Origin: Chloroflexota bacterium
GTDB taxonomy: Bacteria > Chloroflexota > Anaerolineae > B4-G1 > SLSP01
NCBI GenBank assembly: GCA_022707705.1
Contig: JAKJAC010000009.1
Span: 373-47,440 of the forward strand
Reading direction: 5' to 3'
DNA length: 47,068 nt
Every line of letters starts with the position of its first letter. The first letter of the stretch is position 1. The translations under genes and the position numbers were made by a program. The notes under the pieces were generated by a model, which was not told where the DNA came from, searched no databases, and saw only the letters and a program-made list of their open reading frames with translations. Below, piece after piece: positions 27,687 to 36,747 of this stretch.

Positions 27687-28775
27687 TCAGAAGAAGAGAA
27701 TCGGCGTGCCTACACGCTTATCGCTTTGGATGAATTCATCCTTGAAGCCACCCACGGGATGTGTCCAGCGGTAGACAAAGCGTGCCGTCTCATTGGGCGC
27801 ATTGACGCAGCCGTGGCTGCGGACGCCGAAGTCGTTGTGCCAGTAAACCCCGTGGATGGCACGTCCCTCCAGGTCGAAGAAAGTGTTCCACGCAATTCCG
27901 GGCAAATCAAAAAGGTCGCCGGGGTCTTCGAGTTCGGGTCCGCCATCATAGGGTGTGTTCGCCATGTGTCGCGAGCCTTGTTTGAGCAACACACTGCGTT
28001 CCCCGGTAGGCGTGGCATGGGCGCCCGTTCCAGAGGCGATCAGGCTGGTGAACACGGGCGTCTCGCCTTCAAAACAGGTGAGCCGTTGCGCGGTCAGGTC
28101 AACCTCAATGCGCTTGCGTCCCACGAAGGGACGTATGGGCGCGATTTCCTGGCGTGGTACACGCCGCACGTCTTTCGCCAGTATCCATTGGTGATTTGTC
28201 CGCTGCCGCGGCGGATAGTCATCGAAAACCTTGTACCAACCAACGCCTGCTTCATCCTCGTAAGTATCAATCACCCAGAGTACACATCCTCCGTAGAAGG
28301 TGTATTGCTTTCCAGCGTTTAGTGAAGGCTGGGTATAGCCGCCGGTCGTTACCTGTGAGATTTCACCCCAGAATCCCCACTCACCGATATCCTTGATGAA
28401 GGGTTGTGGGGGGTAGATGCGCTGGGGCAGCACCCATGCCGAATGGGCATAGCCCAGCGGTGTGCGATACCACAGGTCGTTATGGGCGCTGAACGGGGCG
28501 CGTACCTCTTCCAGCAATTCCACGGCTTGGTCTCTTGCGCGGGTATCCAGGCGGGTCGAGGAGGCGTCGGGTTCCTCATAGAAGGCGACCGTGTGGATCG
28601 GGCGTCCCATCCATACCCACGGTTCGACCTGCCGGTTCGGCAGGTAATCCGTGCCAGGTGGCAGCAGTTCCGACGGGTAGTGCGCCCGCGCATGGAGCAC
28701 CGGCGAAAACGTCGCCGTCGCAGCAGCGGCGGCGATGAGCTTGAGCATCTGGCGGCGGGTGAGCAAGTGTGACAT
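27687..28775 (-). CDS. L,D-transpeptidase (YkuD domain) with a Tat-type signal
   Basis: The C-terminal YkuD block runs IEVDLTAQRLTCFEG...ATPTGE...IHGVYWHNDFGVRSHGCVNAP, with the catalytic SHGC. The N-terminus, MSHLLTRRQMLKLIAAAAATA, has a twin-arginine motif. The ORF-track start at 28850 would overlap the upstream gene. Confidence 0.8.
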   Translation of the reverse strand: MSHLLTRRQMLKLIAAAAATATFSPVLHARAHYPSELLPPGTDYLPNRQVEPWVWMGRPIHTVAFYEEPDASSTRLDTRARDQAVELLEEVRAPFSAHNDLWYRTPLGYAHSAWVLPQRIYPPQPFIKDIGEWGFWGEISQVTTGGYTQPSLNAGKQYTFYGGCVLWVIDTYEDEAGVGWYKVFDDYPPRQRTNHQWILAKDVRRVPRQEIAPIRPFVGRKRIEVDLTAQRLTCFEGETPVFTSLIASGTGAHATPTGERSVLLKQGSRHMANTPYDGGPELEDPGDLFDLPGIAWNTFFDLEGRAIHGVYWHNDFGVRSHGCVNAPNETARFVYRWTHPVGGFKDEFIQSDKRVGTPILFF

Positions 28776-28834
28776 GGTATCCTCCACCGCAAAGTGTAAC
28801 ACAAAGCAAGCGATGCAGCAAGCTGCGTGTGGAC

Positions 28835-30007
28835 TTATCTTTTTCCCCACCCCTGGCGTAAAACTCGCAGTGCATTGCCACCCAGGATGCTGCGAATGGC
28901 ATCGTGGCTGTAGCCCTCAGCGAGCAGTCTCTGCGTGAGATTGGACATCTCGGAAGCATCTTTGAGGTCATCCGGTGGATCGGTGAAGCCGTCAAAATCG
29001 CTACCCAACCCGACCGCTTCAATGCCGCCAGCGCGAACGAAGTGCTCTAGCGTGCGGGTGATGAAGTTCAAGCCGCGGGAACTTTCGCGAGGCATGAGCC
29101 AGTAGTTCATAAAGATTACACCCACAATGCCGCCTCCATCCGCGATGCGGCGAATTTCCCAATCCTTGAGATTGTAGGGGTCGGGGTTGATCTCATACGC
29201 GCCGACGTGTGAGGCAACCAGCGGTGCGCGTTTCCCGACGATGTCATAGATGCGGGCGCGGGCAGCGGGTGTGCAGTGGGAAATATCGATCAACATGCCT
29301 AACTCGACCATCCGTTCCACGACAGTTTCGCCAAAGGGCTTGAGCCCCAGGGCAACATTGCGCTGCCCCTGGAAGCACCCGAAATGCTGGAGGTTTTCGG
29401 GCCAGGGATAACAGGGGTAGACGAGCTCATTTTCGAAGAAATGCGCGAGCGTGAGGTAAGCTACGCCCCGGTCGAAAAGCGTATCGAGGCTGCTGAGTTT
29501 GCCTTCAAGGCTGTGCCCGCCCTCCACCGCGTGGATAATCGCAACAGGATGGTCTTCGCCCTGTGCGAGCAGCATCTCGAGCTCCCCTAAAGATCGTACG
29601 ATTTGCGCCTGAGGTCCGCCGGTTGACCGGTCGCGTGAAGCCGGAACGGCTTTCTCCATCTCATCGAGCATTTGCAGTGTGACCTTGAGCGGGGTCTGGC
29701 GAAAAACCTTGCGCCAGACGATGGGAGTGACAAAGCGCAACAGGCGCAACGGGCGGCATTCGTTGAGGATGCCATGCTCTGGCGCGTAGATGCATGAGAG
29801 CGTTACATCTACATGACCCTCGCGCAGGCTGGTGAAATCGGAGCGTAGGCTGAAAGGGTCGAAGCCACGGGCGGAATAGAGTCGGGTGGTGAGGACTCGG
29901 TGAAAGAGTGAGACCTTGAGTGAGGGGTGGATGTGCAAATCAACGAGCGTGGCATTCTGGTGCAGCGTTTTCCAATCCGGAGCTATCTGTGGCGGGTTCG
30001 TGACCAT
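28835..30007 (-). CDS. membrane dipeptidase, peptidase family M19
   Basis: The M19 blocks are DLHIHP, HAVEGGHSLEG, YLTLAHFFEN, DISHCT, ASHVGAY and GLGSDFDGF. The ATG at 30007 is preceded by AGGAGGG. Confidence 0.8.
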   Translation of the reverse strand: MVTNPPQIAPDWKTLHQNATLVDLHIHPSLKVSLFHRVLTTRLYSARGFDPFSLRSDFTSLREGHVDVTLSCIYAPEHGILNECRPLRLLRFVTPIVWRKVFRQTPLKVTLQMLDEMEKAVPASRDRSTGGPQAQIVRSLGELEMLLAQGEDHPVAIIHAVEGGHSLEGKLSSLDTLFDRGVAYLTLAHFFENELVYPCYPWPENLQHFGCFQGQRNVALGLKPFGETVVERMVELGMLIDISHCTPAARARIYDIVGKRAPLVASHVGAYEINPDPYNLKDWEIRRIADGGGIVGVIFMNYWLMPRESSRGLNFITRTLEHFVRAGGIEAVGLGSDFDGFTDPPDDLKDASEMSNLTQRLLAEGYSHDAIRSILGGNALRVLRQGWGKR

Positions 30008-30097
30008 ACATCCCTCCTTGTGAAGGAACCAAAATCTATGCAAAGCGCGATTGGGGGCGCGCCGTGTGCCTAGAAAACCGTCCTATTGTAAACTGTC

Positions 30098-31195
30098 TTA
30101 ATCTAGTTCCGGCGGCGTTCTGGGGTTATAGGGCATGACGAAGAAGCCGCGTACGGGTTGATCGGCTTTCCCGGGAATTTGCTGTACGCACTTAAGCCCC
30201 TCTACCGGTTCGGAGCGCGGTGGGAATCCCCACACGAAAGTGTTGCCCACGATCATTTTCTCCACGCGGATGGTGATGTCATCTCGATTGGGGAAATTCG
30301 GATCGTAGATACCGATTTGGAAAATATCGGGGGCGATTTCGGCGCATGTGTGCCCCAGTACCTGGTGGTTATCCCACAAGCGTGCAGTATCCTTGAACCC
30401 TACGTAGACCAACCCGAGGATTACGGGGACGCGCGCGTCGAGGCGGCGTTTTGCCACGCCAAATTCCTTGAGGGTGCGAGCGCAGGTGCCGCGCCGGGTG
30501 TCTTCCGGCAGCGCCATCCATTCGGCAAAGCGCAGGATGTAATGCCCTACTGCCCCAAAGGTATCCAACTGCCGGTCATAGAGGTACTGGTAAAGGGGCG
30601 TGCCGCGATCTGGGACCTTGTTGAACGCCGGGACAGGCTTTTCGGCATAGTAGAAATCACATGCTGCCGAGGACATGCCTCCACAGAGACCGTAATATGC
30701 AGAGACTTCGGTTGCGCCGGGAAGCTTAGGTAACTTGAAGGGTAGTGGATAACCCGGGAAGCTGTTGATAAAATGAAAACCGTGCTCGCTGGCTCGGAAT
30801 TTGGACACGGGTGAGAATAAAGTTGGAAGCCGGTACTCCGTTACCAGCGGCAATAACGGCGTGGCATGACGGTAGGCTTTGTCCAGGTAGGTATAGCGAA
30901 ATTCCAGATAGGGCAGGTAGAGGTCTGACTCATCGTCTTCATGTTGGCGGCGTAGCAAACGACGCAACCGGGTGAGCAGGGCTTTCCCCCTTGAGGGAGC
31001 GAGCTCGGGATCATCGAGAAAGCGACCGGGATCATACACGACTGTGAAGTGCCCGTCGCGGTCCGAAAGCCCGGGCGTTAGCGTGAGATCATCGTCTTGA
31101 CGCCCAGGGGCATCTTCGTCAAAGACGCGTACCTCGATATTGGCGGCGGGTTTGTTGTTGGCAAACAAAATGCGTCCTTTAAGTTCAGTGGGCAT
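30098..31195 (-). CDS. hypothetical cytoplasmic protein: an N-terminal beta-sandwich-like region and a possible papain-like Cys-His-Asp domain
   Basis: The ORF is intact at 365 aa with GGAGG 7 nt before the ATG and no signal peptide. The N-terminus (GRILFANNKPAANIEVRVFDED...DGHFTVVY) resembles a transthyretin/CarboxypepD_reg fold. Candidate catalytic residues are YYGLCGGMSSAA, WDNHQVLGH and IYDPNFP. The function is inferred only. Confidence 0.35.
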   Translation of the reverse strand: MPTELKGRILFANNKPAANIEVRVFDEDAPGRQDDDLTLTPGLSDRDGHFTVVYDPGRFLDDPELAPSRGKALLTRLRRLLRRQHEDDESDLYLPYLEFRYTYLDKAYRHATPLLPLVTEYRLPTLFSPVSKFRASEHGFHFINSFPGYPLPFKLPKLPGATEVSAYYGLCGGMSSAACDFYYAEKPVPAFNKVPDRGTPLYQYLYDRQLDTFGAVGHYILRFAEWMALPEDTRRGTCARTLKEFGVAKRRLDARVPVILGLVYVGFKDTARLWDNHQVLGHTCAEIAPDIFQIGIYDPNFPNRDDITIRVEKMIVGNTFVWGFPPRSEPVEGLKCVQQIPGKADQPVRGFFVMPYNPRTPPELD

Positions 31196-31238
31196 GATGA
31201 AACCTCCGTGGGAACATTCGTGACTATCTTATATCTCT

Positions 31239-31267
31239 ATAATACACCGGAAATCTCTCAGAATCAA
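31239..31267 (-). promoter_or_regulatory. sigma70-type promoter for 30098-31195
   Basis: On the minus strand: TTGATT (31267-31262), a 17-nt spacer, then TATTAT (31244-31239). It lies about 40 nt upstream of the ATG. Confidence 0.5.
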
Positions 31268-31299
31268 AGATTTGGGTATAGGGAGTGTGTTTCAAGACA

Positions 31300-31430
31300 G
31301 GGGTGAAAACCTCAGGCGCTCCGACAGGGCGCGGGAGAAGGTTGATTTCTTGCGGTGGGACGCAGTCCCACCGCAAGAAATCAATTAAAGAGAAAACTGT
31401 TGTATGACAATCGGTTTACTGTTGTCCCAG
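31300..31430. repeat. conserved intergenic element, copy 2 of 2, with a perfect 20-bp hairpin (31342-31384)
   Basis: The stem is TTGATTTCTTGCGGTGGGAC / GTCCCACCGCAAGAAATCAA with a GCA loop. The flanks align with 17881-18010: GGGGYGAAAAYCTCA, GCGCGGGAGA, TTAAAGAG and TGTATGACAATCGG. Confidence 0.7.
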
Positions 31431-31571
31431 AGTTGGAAGGCATCCAATAGGGGTAGCCGTTCAGTGTTTCCTCGTTCGCCGCAACTATGGGTGGCGTTAG
31501 TCCGTAATTCGGATCTTGCCATAGAAATCTGAGCAGTTGCCTTCGAAAACGGTTATTAACTGGAAAAATAC

Positions 31572-31600
31572 TTGACAAGATGTATACATTTCTGTATAAT
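31572..31600 (+). promoter_or_regulatory. consensus sigma70 promoter upstream of the P-type ATPase gene
   Basis: TTGACA (31572-31577), exactly 17 nt, then TATAAT (31595-31600). It lies about 110 nt upstream of the ATG at 31714, in an AT-rich stretch. Confidence 0.7.
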
Positions 31601-31713
31601 GAAGACTAAATTTACTAAATTGTTCGAATAATGAAACATGGAGAGTGTTCGTTGGTTGTTGGTTGGAAGTTCATCGCTGATTAACATGCAGTAGTTTTCA
31701 CAGGAGGGAATCT

Positions 31714-34413
31714 ATGCAAACCTTACTTAGCAAACACTGGCACTATTTGCCAGTTGAAGAAATCCAGGAAATACTGGAGACCGATACGGAGCACGGGCTG
31801 GATCGTTTCGAAGTTCAGCACCGGCAAGCGCGTTTTGGCCCCAACGCTTTGACGCCGCGGAAAGGCAGAAGTCCCCTGCTGCGCTTCCTTTTGCAGTTCA
31901 ACAACCCGCTCATCTATGTTCTTCTCATTGCCAGTGTTGTCACTGCGCTGGTCAAAGGCTTGGTGGATGCGAGCATCATTGTGGGTGTGGTCCTCATCAA
32001 CGCCATTGTCGGCTTCATCCAGGAGTCTCGTGCTGAAAACGCTATCGCCGCACTTGCACAAAGTATGATAGCTGAGGCTACGGTCATTCGCTCCGGACAA
32101 AAGCTGCGTTTGTCCGCACCCCAGCTTGTGCCTGGGGATATTGTGCTTATTCAATCCGGCGATAAGGTGCCGGCAGATTTGCGTCTTGTGCAGAGTCGTG
32201 ATCTGCAAATCGCCGAGGCGAGTTTGACTGGGGAATCGGTCCCTGTAGAAAAAGATACCCGTGGCATTCTGCCGGAAGATACTTCGCTTGGCGACCGGTG
32301 CAACATGGCTTATGCCACTACGTTGGTGACGTATGGGCAGGGGGCAGGCATCGTTGTGGCAACCGGCGATGCAACCGAAATTGGACGCATTTCTCAGTTG
32401 CTTTCCGAGGCTGCCGAATTGGAGACGCCATTGACACGCAAAATCGGCGAGTTTAGTCGCTTGTTGCTCTATGCGTTGCTTGGTGTGGCAGGACTAGCTT
32501 TCATTATCGGACTACTGCGGGGTCAACCATTGGCAGATTCGTTAACCACCAGCATCGCGCTGGCTGTTGCTTCCATCCCCGAAGGGTTGCCGGCGGCTGT
32601 GACAGTGACGCTTGCGATTGGCGTATCGCGGATGGCGCGACGTCGCGCTATCATCCGCAAACTTCCGGCGGTTGAGGCGCTCGGCAGCACCACCGTTATT
32701 GGTTCCGATAAAACCGGAACACTCACACAGAATCAGATGACGGTACAGCAAATTTTCGCTGGCGGCGAGCAGTTCACTGTGGAAGGGAGTGGCTATACTC
32801 CTACCGGGCGCCTGCTCCGCGATGGAGTTGCGCTCTCGTTGGAAAATCTACCGCCGGTGTTGGGCGCGACACTGGAGGCGGGTACGCTGGCCAATGATAG
32901 CCGCTTGCTTCATACGGAAGCTCGCTGGGAAATCCAGGGCGATCCGACTGAGGGCGCCTTGCTGGTGGCAGCGCGCAAGGCTTCTCTGGATGAAAGCGCT
33001 TTATTGCAGCGTTTCCCCCGACTGGACGCTATCCCCTTTGAGTCGGCGCACCAATATATGGCGACCCTACACGCAACCGGGGAAGGGAGACCACGGCGGG
33101 TGTTGGTTAAAGGTTCGGTTGAGGCGTTGTTGGAGCGAAGTGCCCACGGGCTTTCACCTGATGGACAAACGGTTTTACTGGACAAGTCAGCGATTCATAA
33201 GCAGGCGGATGGCATGGCTGCGGATGGGTTGCGTGTACTAGCTTTTGCTGAGAAGGCCCTCCCGGCCAGCGCACAGAAGCTGGCGCATAGCGATATTGCC
33301 GAGGGGTTGACCTTCCTCGGGCTTCAGGGGATGATGGATCCGCCTCGTCCTGAAGCGACTATCGCTGTTCGCGCTAGTCAGGAAGCGGGCATCAAGGTCA
33401 AGATGATTACCGGCGATCACCCCCTTACCGCAGCTGCTATCGCGCGCGCAGTGGGTATTGCCGAGGCGGATATGGTCTACACGGGGCGGCATCTGGAGGC
33501 GTTGAGCGATGACGCACTGATTGAGGTGGTTGAGCATGCTGGTGTCTTTGCTCGTGTCACCCCGGAGCAGAAGTTGCGGTTGGTGGAAGCGCTTCAGGCG
33601 CGCGGGCATATCGTTGCCATGACCGGAGACGGCGTGAATGACGCACCCGCGCTCAAGCAAGCCAATATTGGGGTGGCGATGGGCATTACCGGCACGGATG
33701 TCTCTAAAGAGGCTGCCGATATGGTGCTGACTGACGATAACTTTGCCACGATTGAAGCGGCGGTAGAGGAAGGTCGCGGCGTATTTGATAATCTCACCAA
33801 AATCATTACTTGGACGCTGCCCACGAATTTGGGCGAGGGTTTGGTGATTCTGGCAGCGCTTTTGATTGGCGAGGTGCTTCCCATCCTGCCGGTGCAGATT
33901 CTGTGGATCAACATGGCAACGGTAGCGGTGCTAGGATTGGTGCTGGCGCTGGAACCGCGTGAGCCCGGTATCATGCAGCGCCCACCCCGCAATCCCGATG
34001 CGCCGATTCTTACCAAGGCTTTGATCCGGCGTATTGTAGTGGTCGGCACGCTTATTCTCATCGGAGCCTTTGGTTTATTTGAGTGGGAGCGACAGCGTGG
34101 TGCAACTCTGGAAGTCGCCCGCACTGTTGCGGTCAACCTGGTGGTTTTCGTAGAGCTCTTCTATCTCTTCAACAGCCGCTCACTTACCCATTCACCCTTC
34201 AGAATTGGATTGTTTTCCAATCGCTGGCTTTGGTTGGGGGTTGGTGGCATGGTGCTGCTCCAGATGGCTTTTACCTACATACCGTTTATGCAGACGATTT
34301 TCAGTAGCGCCTCAGTGGGTTGGGCAGAATGGTGGCGCATCATCGCATTTAGTGCAGTAAGTTTTGGTGCTGTCGAATTTGAAAAGTGGCTGACTGCGCG
34401 CCGGTCTGGCTGA
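31714..34413 (+). CDS. cation-translocating P-type ATPase, type II (Ca2+/Mg2+-type)
   Basis: The product is 899 aa with TGES, the TM4 motif [10 protein letters not shown], the phosphorylation site [21 protein letters not shown] and [19 protein letters not shown] lies upstream of the ATG. Confidence 0.9.
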   Translation: MQTLLSKHWHYLPVEEIQEILETDTEHGLDRFEVQHRQARFGPNALTPRKGRSPLLRFLLQFNNPLIYVLLIASVVTALVKGLVDASIIVGVVLINAIVGFIQESRAENAIAALAQSMIAEATVIRSGQKLRLSAPQLVPGDIVLIQSGDKVPADLRLVQSRDLQIAEASLTGESVPVEKDTRGILPEDTSLGDRCNMAYATTLVTYGQGAGIVVATGDATEIGRISQLLSEAAELETPLTRKIGEFSRLLLYALLGVAGLAFIIGLLRGQPLADSLTTSIALAVASIPEGLPAAVTVTLAIGVSRMARRRAIIRKLPAVEALGSTTVIGSDKTGTLTQNQMTVQQIFAGGEQFTVEGSGYTPTGRLLRDGVALSLENLPPVLGATLEAGTLANDSRLLHTEARWEIQGDPTEGALLVAARKASLDESALLQRFPRLDAIPFESAHQYMATLHATGEGRPRRVLVKGSVEALLERSAHGLSPDGQTVLLDKSAIHKQADGMAADGLRVLAFAEKALPASAQKLAHSDIAEGLTFLGLQGMMDPPRPEATIAVRASQEAGIKVKMITGDHPLTAAAIARAVGIAEADMVYTGRHLEALSDDALIEVVEHAGVFARVTPEQKLRLVEALQARGHIVAMTGDGVNDAPALKQANIGVAMGITGTDVSKEAADMVLTDDNFATIEAAVEEGRGVFDNLTKIITWTLPTNLGEGLVILAALLIGEVLPILPVQILWINMATVAVLGLVLALEPREPGIMQRPPRNPDAPILTKALIRRIVVVGTLILIGAFGLFEWERQRGATLEVARTVAVNLVVFVELFYLFNSRSLTHSPFRIGLFSNRWLWLGVGGMVLLQMAFTYIPFMQTIFSSASVGWAEWWRIIAFSAVSFGAVEFEKWLTARRSG

Positions 34414-34442
34414 CCGCGCGTCCTCCAATCCTAATATCTGTT

Positions 34443-34481
34443 GTTGAGCGCCAGAAGAGATTCTGGTGCTCAACTCTTGTT
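34443..34481 (+). terminator. hairpin terminator between the convergent ATPase and esterase genes
   Basis: GTTGAGCGCCAGAA / TTCTGGTGCTCAAC forms a 14-bp stem with one G-U pair and a 4-nt loop. It is followed by TCTTGTT. Confidence 0.45.
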
Positions 34482-34517
34482 CCTGCACATGCAGGCACGC
34501 GAGAGTGTACCCGCGGA

Positions 34518-35417
34518 TCAGGGGCTCTCAGGATCTGCAGGCAGGGTATAGCGTTCGAAGAAATCCCACATCAGCTGCGTGGCAGAGATCTCTTGGGTGG
34601 TACTTCCCACCAGGATCTCTGGCAGCGCTTCGCCGCCGGGCCAGGTGTGCCCGCCATCCTCAATGGTGTACAGAATCACATCGGCTCCTTGACTGCAATC
34701 TGTGTATTGGACTCCGGTGATTGCGCCCTGAGTTGGCAGGCTCAATGGCGTGCTTTCGCAGCCGTTGAGCTGCGCGCGCTGGGAAATCCAATCGGGAATG
34801 ACCGGGAAAGGCCTCTCAAACCAATGCGAGGGACCGCCTGCGTAGGGCACGACCGGGTCAGCAGTGCCGTGGAAAGCGATCATGGGCACCGGTCTCGCCG
34901 GTTGGCATTCCTGCAACGGGAGCAAATAAGCACCTGCCACACCCCCAATCGCCGCGATGCGGTCCGCCAGGCGGCAACCCAGCATATACGACATCCCCCC
35001 GCCATTGGAAAGCCCGTTGGCGTAGATTCGGGTGGAGTCAATGCTATAACGCTGCTCCAGGTGTGTAATGAGATCCGCGATAAAGGCAACATCCTCTATT
35101 CCCCAGCGTTTGGGGAAACTCAACCCCGAGGGATAAACAACAATAAAGCCCTCGGCATCGGCTAGATCATTCCAATGGCTGACTTGCATCTGGTGCGCGG
35201 GCCATTCGGCGAAGCCGTGAATGCTGATTACGAGTGGGGTTGGAGTTGCCGGGTCATAGCTCTCCGGCACGTACAGGAAATACGTGCGCCGCTGCCCTCT
35301 GGATAGGAGCTCTCCGTTGGTTTTGTTGACCAGCGCAAATGCTCCCGCGCCCAGCAGCGACAGAAGGATGACCAACCCGCCCAATACCAACCCTATCTTA
35401 CGCAACTTTCTTGCCAT
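34518..35417 (-). CDS. secreted PHB-depolymerase-family esterase (LpqC / CE1-like alpha/beta hydrolase)
   Basis: There is a signal anchor, then YFLYVPESYDP...PLVISIHG, the nucleophile elbow GLSNGGGMS, and FHGTADPVVPY. The ATG at 35417 is preceded by AAGGAG. Confidence 0.75.
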   Translation of the reverse strand: MARKLRKIGLVLGGLVILLSLLGAGAFALVNKTNGELLSRGQRRTYFLYVPESYDPATPTPLVISIHGFAEWPAHQMQVSHWNDLADAEGFIVVYPSGLSFPKRWGIEDVAFIADLITHLEQRYSIDSTRIYANGLSNGGGMSYMLGCRLADRIAAIGGVAGAYLLPLQECQPARPVPMIAFHGTADPVVPYAGGPSHWFERPFPVIPDWISQRAQLNGCESTPLSLPTQGAITGVQYTDCSQGADVILYTIEDGGHTWPGGEALPEILVGSTTQEISATQLMWDFFERYTLPADPESP

Positions 35418-35456
35418 GATTCTCCTTATATGACTCACCAGGAGGTTGCCATGCTC

Positions 35457-36503
35457 TCAGGCGCGCCGCGCGCGGAGATACTGCTCGGGCCAGAGAACTT
35501 CCTGGCGCAGCGTAGCTGCAGCATCCAGCGCCCAATAGGGATGCCGCAGCAATTCTCTTCCCAGGGCGACCAGGTCGGCGCGTTCATTGCGGATGATTTC
35601 ATCTGCCATTTCCGGCGCCGTGATCAAGCCCACGGCGGCAGTGCGAATCCCGGTTTCGCGGCGCACTCGTTCGGCGAAGGGAATCTGGTAGCCGGACCAG
35701 ACCGCCTGGGGTCGTGCAGGGCTGAGCCCGCCAGAGGAACAATCCACCAGGTCCACGCCGTGCGCGCTTAACTCGCGGGCGATGATGACGCTATCCTCCA
35801 GGGTTAACCCGCCCGGTGTTCCCCAATCTGTGGTCGAAAGTCGCACGAAGAGTGGCTGTGAAGGCATCCACACGCTGCGCACAGCATCCACAACGCGTAA
35901 CAGGAAAGTCATGCGTTGTTGCAGGTCGCCGCCGTAGCTATCGGTGCGTTGATTGGTGAATGACGCGAGAAATTGGTGGTTGAGATAGCCGTGGGCGGCG
36001 TGAATTTCGATCACGTCAAAATCTGCCTGCGCAGCGCGAACGGCAGCAGCCTTCCATGCGGCGATGATGTCCTCGATATCCGCTTCGGTGAGCGCGTGGG
36101 GCGTTGCCCAGGGCTGATCAAAGGGTAGGGCGCTCGGAGCGACTGCCGGTTCCGGTCCCCGTCCCTCTGCCGGTCCCCAGGCTTTGCGCCCGGCATGTGC
36201 CAGCTGCACGCCGGCGATAGCGCCTTCACCGTGCAACGCTGAGACCAACCGCGCTAGCGGCGCAACTTGAGCGTCTTCCCAGAGTCCCAAATCATGCTGG
36301 CTGATGCGTCCTCGCGCCTCAACGGCGGTCGCCTCCAGCATGATCAATCCCACCTTGCCGACGGCGCGCGCCAGGTAGTGCCCCAGGTGCCAATCGGTGA
36401 GCTTGCCATCATCGCCCGCAGAGTACATGCACATTGGGGAGAGCATGACGCGGTTAGGGAAGGTGATATCACGCAATGTCAGGGGAGAGAAACACTGGTT
36501 CAT
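35457..36503 (-). CDS. namA: NADPH dehydrogenase / Old Yellow Enzyme, YqjM-NamA type
   Basis: FSPLTLRDITFPNRVMLSPMCMYSA, DWHLGHY, EATAVEARGRIS, QLAHAGRK and HAAHGYL are present. The ATG at 36503 is preceded by GAGG. The ORF-track start at 36575 is an extension. Confidence 0.8.
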   Translation of the reverse strand: MNQCFSPLTLRDITFPNRVMLSPMCMYSAGDDGKLTDWHLGHYLARAVGKVGLIMLEATAVEARGRISQHDLGLWEDAQVAPLARLVSALHGEGAIAGVQLAHAGRKAWGPAEGRGPEPAVAPSALPFDQPWATPHALTEADIEDIIAAWKAAAVRAAQADFDVIEIHAAHGYLNHQFLASFTNQRTDSYGGDLQQRMTFLLRVVDAVRSVWMPSQPLFVRLSTTDWGTPGGLTLEDSVIIARELSAHGVDLVDCSSGGLSPARPQAVWSGYQIPFAERVRRETGIRTAAVGLITAPEMADEIIRNERADLVALGRELLRHPYWALDAAATLRQEVLWPEQYLRARRA

Positions 36504-36663
36504 GGTATAACCTCGCTGTGAGCCGGATTGGAATGCTGATAAATCGTGATTGCGATTACCGGCAAGGTGGATCAATCCTTGCCGATTGATGGCGCGTTCT
36601 GATGCATGATTATATCCGCCAAAAGGTGTATTTCAAATCGAAGACAAAAGGGCATTCGGCTCT

Positions 36664-36692
36664 TTGACAAAGACCCACTTCCTGGATACTAT
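36664..36692 (+). promoter_or_regulatory. sigma70-type promoter upstream of 36748
   Basis: TTGACA (36664-36669), a 17-nt spacer, then TACTAT (36687-36692). Confidence 0.5.
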
Positions 36693-36747
36693 ACTTACAT
36701 TCGTTAATCCGTATGTCAATCTGTGAGCCATTTTCATAGGGGGAACT

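Noticed and set aside
17881-31430. The two 130-nt repeats as attL/attR of a 13.5-kb island
   Set aside because: The copies are substantially diverged and carry compensatory stem changes, so they are not identical att cores. The interval contains housekeeping rlmN. No integrase or recombinase gene is present.
31381-31578. A 65-aa minus-strand ORF overlapping copy 2 of the conserved element
   Set aside because: It has a TTG start, which lies inside the consensus -35 box, and no SD. Differences between the copies fall on its second codon positions. The corresponding frame in copy 1 is only 19 codons.
31600-31713. An M-box (Mg2+) riboswitch ahead of the P-type ATPase
   Set aside because: The leader is only about 110 nt, and I could not find the multi-helix M-box architecture or its conserved blocks by eye. 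The leader is kept as an open regulatory question, not as a riboswitch call.
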